A stretch of DNA of 64,000 nt, taken from the NCBI GenBank assembly GCA_016183305.1, contig JACPEW010000018.1, positions 2,280-66,279 on the forward strand, written 5' to 3'. Position 1 is the first letter of the stretch, and every line of letters starts with the position of its first letter. Below are positions 8,875 to 17,602 of this stretch, piece by piece. Below the pieces are notes generated by a model, which was not told where the DNA came from, made no database searches, and saw nothing but the letters and a program-made list of their open reading frames with translations. This stretch comes from Candidatus Daviesbacteria bacterium (GTDB lineage Bacteria; Patescibacteriota; Microgenomatia; Daviesbacterales; UBA10151). Both the position numbers and the translations under genes were made by a program.

Positions 8875-10718
8875 AACACAGTTTTAATAATACTCTCTTT
8901 AGAAATGCCTTCAAAATCCAGTAGTTCCTCTGGTTTACCACTACCAACTATTTTCCTGACTGCCAAAGAAATAACCCTGGGTGCCAATAGATTTTCACCC
9001 CCCAGGTGGAAAAGAGCGCTTCCTACTGCTTCAGCTATCCCTCCTTCCGGGAAATGATCCTCTACCACAATAATAGCTTTAGTTTCTTTGGCTGCTTTTT
9101 TTAAAGAAGCAGTATCTACTGGCTTAATGCTATATAAATCAATAACCCTAATTAAAATCCCTTCTTTTTTAAGCTCTTCGAAAGCTGCTAAAGCCTCATG
9201 CAGGGTTATTCCAGCTCCGACTACTGTTACTAGATCCTTAGAACTCTTTTTTAAGGTTTTGCTGCCACCTATTGGGAAATCTTCATCTGGTTTGTAAAGT
9301 ATTGGGGTATCTTTTCTGGTGGTACGGATGTAAACATTGCCCTCATGTTTTGCAGCCTCTTCGGTCAACTTTTCTGTAGATATAGCATCAGAAGGGTATA
9401 AAACAACACTGTTTAACATACTTCTAAACATTGCTATATCTTCCAAGCCCATTTGGGAAGGTCCATCTTCTCCTATGGAAACACCAGCATGGGAACCACA
9501 AACTTTAATATTAGCCTCAGAATACTGGCTCATCCTGATTTGGTCATGGGCCCGGGTTAAAAAAGCTGCAAAAGTAGAGATAAAGGGGATTTTCCCTCTT
9601 CTGGATAAGCCTAAGGCTGTTCCTGCCATATTCTGTTCGGCAATATACATTTCAAAAAAATGCTCAGGATAAGCTTTGCCAAATATTTCAGCATAAGTAG
9701 AATTTCCTACTTCTGCATCCAATACCACTATATTAGGATATTGGGGAAATATTCTTGCCAGAGCATTACCATAAGCCTTTCTAGTAGCTACTTGCTCTCC
9801 TTCTTGATAATTTACTTTTGAATTTTGACTTGTAGTTTTGACCTTTGACTTTTGACCTTTGACTTTTGTTGGCTTTTCCACCTTCCCTCTAATTTTCATA
9901 TCAATATCCCCTAATTCTTGTTTTGCTTTTTCCAGCTCTTCTGTTTTTAAGGCTTTCCCGTGCCAGCCATCCTTGTTTTGCAAAAATGACACCCCTTTAC
10001 CTTTAATTGTTTTGGCAATAATCATTGTTGGTAAACCCTTGGTATTAAAAGCTTCAGTATATGCTTTAGCAATATCACTAAATGAGTGGCCATCAATGGG
10101 AATAGCGTTCCAGCCAAATGCTTTGGCCTTTTTCTCATAAGCTTTTAAATCATGGCCATACATAGTTTTCCCCCGTTGGCCTAAACCATTAACATCTATA
10201 ATGCCTATTAAGTTATCTAATTTATAATGAGAAGCAAGTTGCAAAGCTTCCCAAACAGATCCTTCTGTCATTTCACTATCTCCCAGTAAAACAAAAGTTT
10301 TATATGGCAGCTTATCTAAATACTTAGCATTTAAGGCCATTCCTAAACCAATAGAAAGTCCCTGGCCCAAAGATCCCGTAGCTGCTTCTGCGTAAGGGAA
10401 AACTGGCCTGGGATGACCCTCTAATGCGCTTCCAATTTTCCGGTAAGTAGCAAGCTCCTCATCATTAATTTTTCCAGCCAAATAAAAAAGGGAATAGAAT
10501 AAAGGAGAGGCATGGCCTTTAGAAAAGATTAACCTGTCGTTATTAGGATTACTAGGATTGTTTAAATCAGCTCTAAAAAACCCTCCAAAAAGGAGGGAAA
10601 TCATTAGGTCTGTGGCTGAAAGAGAGGATGTGGGGTGGCCAGAGCCTGCTTGGCTGCTCATCAGCAAACTTAAGTAACGGCTGGCTTTTGCAAGTTTTAC
10701 TAAATACTGCCCACTCAT
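8844..10718 (-). CDS. tkt: Transketolase, N- and C-terminal halves fused
   Basis: SGHPTSSLS, GHASPLFY, GSLGQGLS and LLGDSEMTEGSVWEA are TPP-binding motifs. The C-terminal half starts at ATRKAYGNAL. A low-complexity linker, KVKGQKSKVKTTSQNSKV, joins the halves. Confidence 0.9.
   Translation of the reverse strand: MSGQYLVKLAKASRYLSLLMSSQAGSGHPTSSLSATDLMISLLFGGFFRADLNNPSNPNNDRLIFSKGHASPLFYSLFYLAGKINDEELATYRKIGSALEGHPRPVFPYAEAATGSLGQGLSIGLGMALNAKYLDKLPYKTFVLLGDSEMTEGSVWEALQLASHYKLDNLIGIIDVNGLGQRGKTMYGHDLKAYEKKAKAFGWNAIPIDGHSFSDIAKAYTEAFNTKGLPTMIIAKTIKGKGVSFLQNKDGWHGKALKTEELEKAKQELGDIDMKIRGKVEKPTKVKGQKSKVKTTSQNSKVNYQEGEQVATRKAYGNALARIFPQYPNIVVLDAEVGNSTYAEIFGKAYPEHFFEMYIAEQNMAGTALGLSRRGKIPFISTFAAFLTRAHDQIRMSQYSEANIKVCGSHAGVSIGEDGPSQMGLEDIAMFRSMLNSVVLYPSDAISTEKLTEEAAKHEGNVYIRTTRKDTPILYKPDEDFPIGGSKTLKKSSKDLVTVVGAGITLHEALAAFEELKKEGILIRVIDLYSIKPVDTASLKKAAKETKAIIVVEDHFPEGGIAEAVGSALFHLGGENLLAPRVISLAVRKIVGSGKPEELLDFEGISKESIIKTVLSFRTPIKSG
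9811..9870. repeat. TTTGAC-type tandem repeat forming the tkt linker
   Basis: tttacttttgaattttgacttgtagttttgacctttgacttttgacctttgacttttg. Confidence 0.7.
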
Positions 10719-10971
10719 GCCATGTAATATATCACAAAAATACTATTGATGTAACTAAAATTACAGAAAATATTTATCTAAAGAGGTATAAAAGACATAC
10801 CCAGGCTGCCGGTGGGAATAGGTTGGGTGACACGAGTGCCTGATCAAAACCAAGAATTAAAGAAGGTCCTAAAAATTTAAAATATATAAAGCTCAAAGTT
10901 CTTGATCCTGCCCTACAACTGAGTTAAGCTAAAATCTGATACCTGATATAAAAAATAAGACACTGGAGCTA

Positions 10972-12138
10972 ATGCTCCAAAACCGCAGGATTTTTAAGAA
11001 ACACCAGCATACTCTCCCCTCTCCCCAAACCTACCCTTACCAATGGTTGTGGGATTCATGCTTTCATGCAATTATCCTAAGCTATTTTGATTTAAAGGAT
11101 GCTAAAAAGGAGTTACTTTCAGTTATTCAAAAACAATTTGATAATGGGATGGTTCCCCATATGATTTATTGGGAAAAAGAAACTAAAACAGATTTTCCAG
11201 TAATAGAATGGGGCAAGGAAGATACCAGTACTATTACCCAGCCTCCAATGTTAGCTTATGTAGTTTGGGAAATTTTTAAAAAAGACCCTGATAAAGAATT
11301 TTTAAAAAAGATCTACCCTAGCCTAGTTAAATTTTATAATTATTTTCTAGCAGAAAGGGATCCGCACAGAAATCATCTTGTAAGTTTGGTAAACCCGGAT
11401 GAGTCTGGAGAAGATAATTCGCCCCGTTTTGATGTGAGTTTAGGTTTACCAGCCAAACATTCATTTGAAGAGAATTTTCAAAAAAGGCTGGAACTGATTG
11501 AACATAATAAAGAGTGTAATTTTGATACTGTTTTATGCATGAGGAATTTTTTTTGGTTTAAAGATGTGCCAATGAATGCAATTTTCAAGGAAAACCTTGA
11601 AATAATGTCTAAATTATCAGGCCAATTAGCAGATAAAGAAAATGAAGCTTTTTATCAGGATAAAGCAGAAAGAGCAAGAGAGGGTATGAGGGAATTAATG
11701 CTTGAGGATAAGGTTTTTTGGTCAATATATTTTGATTCTGAAAAAGGAAGCTTCCAGAAAGTTAAAATAAAAACCTGGGCAATCTTTGCTCCTCTTTTTG
11801 CAGGAATTCCCACTAAAGAAGAAGCAGATTATATAGTTGAAAGATTTCTCTTAAATAATAGTGAGTTTAATACGCCGTTTATGGTACCTACTGTCTCTCT
11901 TGCTGAACCTTCATTTGATGCTAGCAATTTTTGGAGAGGGCCAGTTTGGATAGGGGTTAATTGGTTTGTAGTTAAAGGTTTAAAAAGATATGGATATGAT
12001 AATTTAGCTAAAAAGATTACTGAGGGCAGTTTATCTTTACTGGGGAAAAGCGGTTTTAGGGAATATTTTAATCCTTTAACAGGGGAAGGTTTAGGAGCAA
12101 AGGATTTTACCTGGGGTGGTTTAGTCTTGGATATGTAA
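10972..12138 (+). CDS. GH63-like six-hairpin glycosidase, paralog 2
   Basis: It has the same motif set as 734..1927 (YPYQWLWDSCFH, NPDESGEDNSPRFD, FREYFNPLTGEGLGA). Confidence 0.7.
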   Translation: MLQNRRIFKKHQHTLPSPQTYPYQWLWDSCFHAIILSYFDLKDAKKELLSVIQKQFDNGMVPHMIYWEKETKTDFPVIEWGKEDTSTITQPPMLAYVVWEIFKKDPDKEFLKKIYPSLVKFYNYFLAERDPHRNHLVSLVNPDESGEDNSPRFDVSLGLPAKHSFEENFQKRLELIEHNKECNFDTVLCMRNFFWFKDVPMNAIFKENLEIMSKLSGQLADKENEAFYQDKAERAREGMRELMLEDKVFWSIYFDSEKGSFQKVKIKTWAIFAPLFAGIPTKEEADYIVERFLLNNSEFNTPFMVPTVSLAEPSFDASNFWRGPVWIGVNWFVVKGLKRYGYDNLAKKITEGSLSLLGKSGFREYFNPLTGEGLGAKDFTWGGLVLDM

Positions 12139-12140
12139 TT

Positions 12141-12818
12141 TTAATCCTCAATCTTTTTTAGAAGCTGGGCTTTTTTTCTGGAAAAAAGCACTAGAGCAGA
12201 GATCCAACCAAATAAAAATCCTCCCACATGAGGTAGAAATGCTATCCCTCCCCCGCTGGTATTTAAAGAAATTGATAAAAAGCCACTAAAAAGTTGGGTG
12301 ATAAACCAGTAAAAAAGCAAAATATATGCTGGGATATTAATTATGGTGATAAAAAAGAAAATAAAAACTAAGGTTTTGACTTTTGCAGAAGGAAAAAGGG
12401 CAAAATATGCACCCAATATTCCTGCTACAGCTCCAGAGGCTCCTAACATTGGGATAGATTCTCCAGGGGTAAAAACAAATTGGGTTAAAGCAGCAACAAC
12501 TCCTCCTAAGAGGTAGAAAAAAGGAAATAATAGAAAACCTAAAGCAGCTTCCACATTATCCCCAAATACCCATAAAAAAATCATGTTAGAGATGATATGG
12601 ATAAAGCCTCCATGAAGGAACTGGCTGGTAATTAGGGGCAAAAGGCTGTCTAAATTAGCTAAATTTAAATTACCTGGGACAAAAGCATATTGGAGGATAA
12701 AAGCCTCAGTTGAGGGGGCAGTCAGTTCCAGGTAAAAAACATAAATATTAGCAATTAGTATTGCTATTACCCAAAAAGGAAATGTAGATACCCTGTTTTC
12801 ATCCCTAAGAGGTATCAT
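12141..12818 (-). CDS. Rhomboid family intramembrane serine protease
   Basis: Six-plus TM helices, a GASGAVAGILGAY (GxSG) motif and downstream His-containing helices. Confidence 0.8.
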   Translation of the reverse strand: MIPLRDENRVSTFPFWVIAILIANIYVFYLELTAPSTEAFILQYAFVPGNLNLANLDSLLPLITSQFLHGGFIHIISNMIFLWVFGDNVEAALGFLLFPFFYLLGGVVAALTQFVFTPGESIPMLGASGAVAGILGAYFALFPSAKVKTLVFIFFFITIINIPAYILLFYWFITQLFSGFLSISLNTSGGGIAFLPHVGGFLFGWISALVLFSRKKAQLLKKIED

Positions 12819-12914
12819 AGGATTAAAGTCTATTAAAAAAGTTTAACGGTGGGATAAGAACAGGGTAAGAAATAGGTTGCAAAACACTCTTTAAAGCTGT
12901 AATAATATAGAGGT

Positions 12915-13652
12915 ATGCTTTCTAGGTTTATTACTCCTTTCGCCTGGTTAGCTAGTTTTTTTATCCTTCTGTTTTTATACACCAGGTTATTTGGTCCAGT
13001 GCCTTTTTTAGTAACTAGTGTTACTACTCAAAAATCTACTACTTTTGATGTTACTGGAGAAGGAAAAGTTACTGCCAAACCAGATATAGCTTTTGTCACA
13101 GCTGGAATTTCTGCTGAAGGACAAACAGTAAAAAGTGTCCAGGATCAAATGAGTAATGTGATAAATAAAGTTTCAACAAATTTAAAACAACTGGGGGTAG
13201 ATTCAAAAGATATTCAAACTACCAATTATAATATCCAGCCTAAAATAGATTTTCGGGAAGGGCAAAGGATTACAGGGTTTACAACAAATACTAATCTTCA
13301 AATCAAGGTAAGGCAACTTGATAAAGCAGGTGAGGTGATAGACACAGCAACCTCAAGTGGGGCAAACCAAATTTCTGGGGTAAGCTTTGATATTGATGAT
13401 AAAACTAAATTAGAAGATGAGGCTAGGAAAAAAGCAGTTGAGGAGGCCAAGAAAAAGGCCCAAAGATCTGGCCAAATTGCAGGATTTAAACTAGGAAGGA
13501 TTATTAACTATTCTGAAAATCAAGCAGGTTTTCTAAGGCCGGTATCTTTATCTATGGAAGCTGCTAAAGCTGCTGGTGATACTGCTACCCAAGTTGAACC
13601 AGGTTCTTCTGAGGTTACTATTAATGTTACCTTAAGCTATGAGATTTTGTAG
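12915..13652 (+). CDS. SIMPL/DUF541 domain periplasmic protein
   Basis: Signal anchor followed by the typical ..VTAKPDIAFVTAGI.. and ..EARKKAVEEAKKKA.. layout. Confidence 0.75.
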   Translation: MLSRFITPFAWLASFFILLFLYTRLFGPVPFLVTSVTTQKSTTFDVTGEGKVTAKPDIAFVTAGISAEGQTVKSVQDQMSNVINKVSTNLKQLGVDSKDIQTTNYNIQPKIDFREGQRITGFTTNTNLQIKVRQLDKAGEVIDTATSSGANQISGVSFDIDDKTKLEDEARKKAVEEAKKKAQRSGQIAGFKLGRIINYSENQAGFLRPVSLSMEAAKAAGDTATQVEPGSSEVTINVTLSYEIL

Positions 13653-13709
13653 TCTTTTGTTGTAATCAGCATTACTGTAATTAATTTCTGTTTAGTATAT
13701 ATTTCAAAT

Positions 13710-13886
13710 ATGCCAATAGATCCTAATATAGTTAGAATTGCTTTGATGATAGTGGTGTTGGGACTGCTATTTTTGGCATTTACTTATCTTATTGATTTTT
13801 TGAGACCCATCCTTATTGCTGTTGTTTTAATTATTATTGCCTATTTAATCTACAGGTATCTTCTTACAGGGACAATAAGCCTTTGA
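13710..13886 (+). CDS. Small membrane protein (58 aa)
   Basis: This ATG ORF falls below the track cutoff. It encodes MPIDPNIVRIALMIVVLGLLFLAF... with two hydrophobic helices. Confidence 0.3.
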   Translation: MPIDPNIVRIALMIVVLGLLFLAFTYLIDFLRPILIAVVLIIIAYLIYRYLLTGTISL

Positions 13887-13895
13887 TGAGAAATC

Positions 13896-15143
13896 CTACC
13901 TTGGAGGTAGGAATGTATTGACACCTAGAGTTTTAATAAAGTCCTCTGCTGTGTTTTGCCAACTTAGGTTTTGGACTTTATTAAAAACTTCCCGGCTCAT
14001 TTGTTGATGCTCTGCCCTATTTGTTAACAGGTTTTTAATTTTACTGGCTAAAAGGATTGGGTTGCTGGCAGAGGTTAGTAAGGGGCTGTGCTTTTTACCT
14101 AAAAGGTTAGAAATCCCTGCCACATCAGTAATAATTACAGGAACCCCGCAAGCCATAGCCTCTAAAGAGACTTGGCCAAATGATTCATATAAAGAGGGCA
14201 TTACTACTGCTTCTGCAGCATTATAATAATATGGTAATTCTTCCCTGTTTTTTCTACCCACAAACCTAACATAAGCATGTATACCTAAAAGCATTTTTAA
14301 CTCATTTAATCTAATTAGCTCCTCTGACCATTTATTTTTATTGCCGGTATTTAGCCCTCCAACAATCCATAAACAAAAAGTTAATTTAGGGTTTCTTTGG
14401 ACTAAAATTTTGATAGCATATAAAAGCAGATCCAAGCCTTTTAAAGGAGTAATCCTGCCTACAAAAAGAATAATTTTATGTTTTTGATTTGCTTTAATAA
14501 ACTGTTTGGCTTTGAATTTATCGATTGGTTTAAAAAGATTTAAATTAACTCCAGGGGAAAGCAAGGTTATTTTTCCTAAAGGGCAGTTATAAAGGGTATG
14601 GATATATTCTAAATCACTTTTACTTGTTGCTATAATTTTATCTGCCTCTTTAACTAATTTTAACTCTGATTTAACTCTTTCTAAATCTTCTTTCTCCATC
14701 TCACTTCTTGCTACTAAATTCTTCATCAAAGCCAAAGTATGGAAGGTAAGGTATAAGGGGATTTTAAATTTCTTCTTAATTTCTAAACCCACCAGTCCCG
14801 AAAGCCAATAATGGGAGCCGATAAGATCATATGATAAAGATTCTTTTTTAATAAATGCCAGAAGTTTACTGGTAAATTCAGGGACTAACTCCAGCAGTTT
14901 ACTTATAGGGACTAGTGTAGGTTTCCCTGCCTGAAGATGAATAACACGCAGGTTTGGCAGGACTTGGACAATATTGCAGTTATCTTTATCCACACACCTG
15001 GTATAGATATCTATATTTAAACCCTTTTGGCATAAAGCTTTTGATAGTTCCAGCACATAAGTATTCATTCCTCCTGTCTCAGTATTTTTCTCATCTGACA
15101 AAGGACAGGTATGGAAAGAGATCACACAAAGCCTTTTAATCAT
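13896..15143 (-). CDS. GT4 family glycosyltransferase (MshA-like)
   Basis: ISFHTCPL....GGMNTYVLELSKAL at the N-terminus and ESFGQVSLEAMACGVPVI in the C-terminal half. The start is set at MIKRLCV. Confidence 0.8.
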   Translation of the reverse strand: MIKRLCVISFHTCPLSDEKNTETGGMNTYVLELSKALCQKGLNIDIYTRCVDKDNCNIVQVLPNLRVIHLQAGKPTLVPISKLLELVPEFTSKLLAFIKKESLSYDLIGSHYWLSGLVGLEIKKKFKIPLYLTFHTLALMKNLVARSEMEKEDLERVKSELKLVKEADKIIATSKSDLEYIHTLYNCPLGKITLLSPGVNLNLFKPIDKFKAKQFIKANQKHKIILFVGRITPLKGLDLLLYAIKILVQRNPKLTFCLWIVGGLNTGNKNKWSEELIRLNELKMLLGIHAYVRFVGRKNREELPYYYNAAEAVVMPSLYESFGQVSLEAMACGVPVIITDVAGISNLLGKKHSPLLTSASNPILLASKIKNLLTNRAEHQQMSREVFNKVQNLSWQNTAEDFIKTLGVNTFLPPR

Positions 15144-15215
15144 TTGGATATTATATACATAAATGGTAGCTTTTCTCACTGAGATTACTTGATATATGTG
15201 ATATAACAAAAATAT

Positions 15216-15791
15216 ATGGAGAAGATAACCTTGGGTGGAGGATGTTTTTGGTGCACAGAGGCAATCTTTAGGAGGCTAAAAGGGGTAACTAAGGTTACCT
15301 CTGGGTATGCTGGTGGCAAAGGAGAAAATCCAACATATTCAGAAGTTAGTACTGGAGAAACTGGGTTTGTAGAGTCTGTCCAAATTGAGTTTGACCCCAA
15401 GATTCTATCCCTTGATAATTTATTAGATGTTTTTTGGGCTACTCATGATCCTACTACTTTAAACAGGCAGGGACCAGACGTAGGCACCCAATATAAATCA
15501 ATGATTTTTTATCAGGGTGAGAAACAAAAGGAGATTGCTGAAAAGTCTAAAGAAAAAATGGATAAATCTGGGGAGCTAAAGGGTAAGATAGTTACACAGA
15601 TTCTATTTTTGGACAAATTCTATACAGCTGAGGAATATCATCAAAACTATTATGAGAAAAATAAGGATACAAATTCCTACTGTTCTTTGGTAATAGATCC
15701 AAAGATTGAGAAATTAATTAATAAGTTTAATAACTTAGTAAGAGAAGAAGGGGCTGCAATGACAAGTGGGGCTTGCGAGGACAGGAGATAG
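15216..15791 (+). CDS. msrA: Peptide-methionine (S)-S-oxide reductase
   Basis: GGGCFWCTEAIF active-site motif and TGFVESVQIEFDP. Confidence 0.9.
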   Translation: MEKITLGGGCFWCTEAIFRRLKGVTKVTSGYAGGKGENPTYSEVSTGETGFVESVQIEFDPKILSLDNLLDVFWATHDPTTLNRQGPDVGTQYKSMIFYQGEKQKEIAEKSKEKMDKSGELKGKIVTQILFLDKFYTAEEYHQNYYEKNKDTNSYCSLVIDPKIEKLINKFNNLVREEGAAMTSGACEDRR

Positions 15792-15801
15792 AAAGGAATT
15801 T

Positions 15802-16206
15802 ATGAAAGAACTACGTTCCCACCTTAAAGGTGGGAAGCTAAATAAAAAACTGACACTTGAGCAATATAATATTTGTTTTCTAAAGGGTACTGAGCCTCCT
15901 TTTTCTGGAAAATATACTAATAATCATGAGCCAGGGATGTATGCTTGTGTAGTTTGTGGTACTAAACTTTTTTCTTCTGATAGTAAGTTTGACTCAGAAA
16001 CTGGCTGGCCTTCTTTTGATAGACCTTTTGCTAACAAGAATATTTCTTATTCTGAAGATTATTCTATGGGCATGAGAAGGATTGAGGTTATGTGTAAAAA
16101 ATGTGGTTCCCACTTAGGCCATGTGTTTGATGATGGCCCAACTTCTACTGGCAAAAGATTCTGTATCAATTCCCTAGCCTTAGATTTCATTGCGAATCAA
16201 GACTAA
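15802..16206 (+). CDS. msrB: Peptide-methionine (R)-S-oxide reductase
   Basis: CVVCGTKLF...GWPSF...CKKCGSHLGHVFDDGP (Zn CxxC pairs and catalytic region). The start is set at MKELRSH. Confidence 0.9.
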   Translation: MKELRSHLKGGKLNKKLTLEQYNICFLKGTEPPFSGKYTNNHEPGMYACVVCGTKLFSSDSKFDSETGWPSFDRPFANKNISYSEDYSMGMRRIEVMCKKCGSHLGHVFDDGPTSTGKRFCINSLALDFIANQD

Positions 16207-17036
16207 CGAAGTGTCATTCCCAAAAAAGAAATTCCAGCTTGAAATAAAAGGTATAATCCAAAAACAATACTTAATAATCCTGAAGCTGTTACCAGGTAGT
16301 GGTTTATAATTTTACTTTCCCTTTTTAAGAGGATAATTGAGGCCCCTATTCCTAAAGTTAGAATCATCATGCCAGTAATGATACCAATATGGAAAACAAG
16401 CAGGTAAATTATTGATAAAACTGTATTTTGTATGGTGCTTAGAATTAACAAAGCTATGGCAGTGCTGCCTGCTAAACCATGGATGAGCCCAATTACCAGT
16501 GGTCTGATAGTTTGAAATAATCCTAAATGATGAAAATTGCCAGCTATGGATTTCATAGTTGTCATTCCGAGCGAGGCCAGAGGCCGAGTGTAGGAATCTT
16601 GATTAAGAGAGATTGTCACGCCCTTCGGGCTCGCAATGACAGAATGTAAGTGGAGATGGGAATGTTGGTGGCCTTGGTTATCTAAATGTGAATGCTTATG
16701 GATAGTTACTGGTGTAAGTTTGTCTTGTATTTTTGAAGATATGCCAGATAAATTTAAAACTCCTAAGATAATTAACATTAGACCTACAACAAGCTCCATA
16801 ATTTGTTCCAAGCCTGAAGGTACTACAAAAGAGAATATAATAATTGGGATTGCTACTAAAGTAACTGTGATAGAATGCCCTATTCCCCACAAGGCACCTA
16901 TTAAAGCAGTATTTAAAATCCCTTTCTTTTGTTTAGCAATAATAGTGGTGATTGCTACAATATGGTCAGGATCTGTGGCATGACGCATTCCTAAAAGAAA
17001 ACTTAAACTTAAAATACTAATTATTTGCGCATACAT
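16203..17036 (-). CDS. Nickel/cobalt transporter-like membrane protein (HX4DH motif) carrying a palindromic-element insert
   Basis: RHATDPDHIVAI signature, a His-rich loop (HKHSHLDNQGHQHSHLHLH) and IHGLAGS. The repeat at 16561..16640 is read through in frame. Confidence 0.65.
   Translation of the reverse strand: MYAQIISILSLSFLLGMRHATDPDHIVAITTIIAKQKKGILNTALIGALWGIGHSITVTLVAIPIIIFSFVVPSGLEQIMELVVGLMLIILGVLNLSGISSKIQDKLTPVTIHKHSHLDNQGHQHSHLHLHSVIASPKGVTISLNQDSYTRPLASLGMTTMKSIAGNFHHLGLFQTIRPLVIGLIHGLAGSTAIALLILSTIQNTVLSIIYLLVFHIGIITGMMILTLGIGASIILLKRESKIINHYLVTASGLLSIVFGLYLLFQAGISFLGMTLR
16561..16640. repeat. Palindromic element copy inside the transporter CDS
   Basis: GTCATTCCGAGCGAGGCC...GGAATCTTGATT...GGGCTCGCAATGAC. 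Confidence 0.75.
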
Positions 17037-17096
17037 AAACTTAGATTATATCCTTTTTGTTAGAATATATATAATATAAATAACTAACAAAGTAGT

Positions 17097-17555
17097 ATGG
17101 GTAATGATCAATTAGGGCAATTCCTCAAAACAGTAGATAAATCTAAATTTACTAACAAGCCTTATATAAAAAAATTGGAAAAGCCCTGGGGATACGAACT
17201 TCACTTTGTTCCAGAAGGATTACCATATATGGGCAAGCTGCTGCATATTCAGGCTGGTAAGAGATTGAGTTTACAAGCCCATGATGCAAAACTGGAAAGC
17301 TGGTTTTTATTAAATGGTCAGGCAGCTGTTATTTGGGAAAATACTAATGGTGATCTTGTTGAGACAAAAATGGAGAATGAAGTAGGTTATACTTGTAATT
17401 TAGGCCAAAAACACAGGTTGATGGGTATTACAGATTGCGGTATTTTGGAAGTTTCCACCCCAGAGTTAGGTAATACTTATAGATTAGAAGATGATTATGC
17501 CAGGCCTACAGAAACAGAAGAAATGAGAAAAGATCCAAACAGAGGCTGGAAATAA
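17097..17555 (+). CDS. Cupin-domain protein (type II mannose-6-phosphate-isomerase-like)
   Basis: KPWGYELHF...LSLQAHD...HRL is a cupin motif pattern. Confidence 0.55.
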   Translation: MGNDQLGQFLKTVDKSKFTNKPYIKKLEKPWGYELHFVPEGLPYMGKLLHIQAGKRLSLQAHDAKLESWFLLNGQAAVIWENTNGDLVETKMENEVGYTCNLGQKHRLMGITDCGILEVSTPELGNTYRLEDDYARPTETEEMRKDPNRGWK

Positions 17556-17602
17556 TCTCACATGCTTGCTAGAGATATTACTATAAAGAATTATTCCCAA
17601 TA

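Noticed and set aside
9811-9870. Tandem TTTGAC repeats and the 40389..40510 repeat considered as CRISPR arrays
   Set aside because: The units are too short and irregular, there is no repeat-spacer periodicity, and they lie inside ORFs. No cas genes are in the window.
9088-10140. Four plus-strand ORFs (9088..9297, 9337..9672, 9859..10140) and 10628..10843 overlapping the transketolase gene
   Set aside because: They lie entirely antisense to a gene with unambiguous transketolase motifs. Their translations are low-complexity with no motifs. They are typical shadow ORFs.
10790-10860. GC-rich patch (…CCCAGGCTGCCGGTGGGAATAGGTTGGGTGACACGAGTGCCTGATC…) considered as a TPP riboswitch, given the CCTGATC box and the nearby TPP-dependent tkt
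   Set aside because: The CTGAGA box and the characteristic P2/P3 pairing are not present. The orientation relative to tkt and the GH63 gene gives no sensible regulatory logic. It cannot be supported by eye.
16636-16983. Plus-strand ORF 16636..16983 and minus-strand ORF 16696..16890 inside the transporter gene
   Set aside because: They overlap a motif-supported membrane transporter frame and are Cys/Trp-rich shadow translations.
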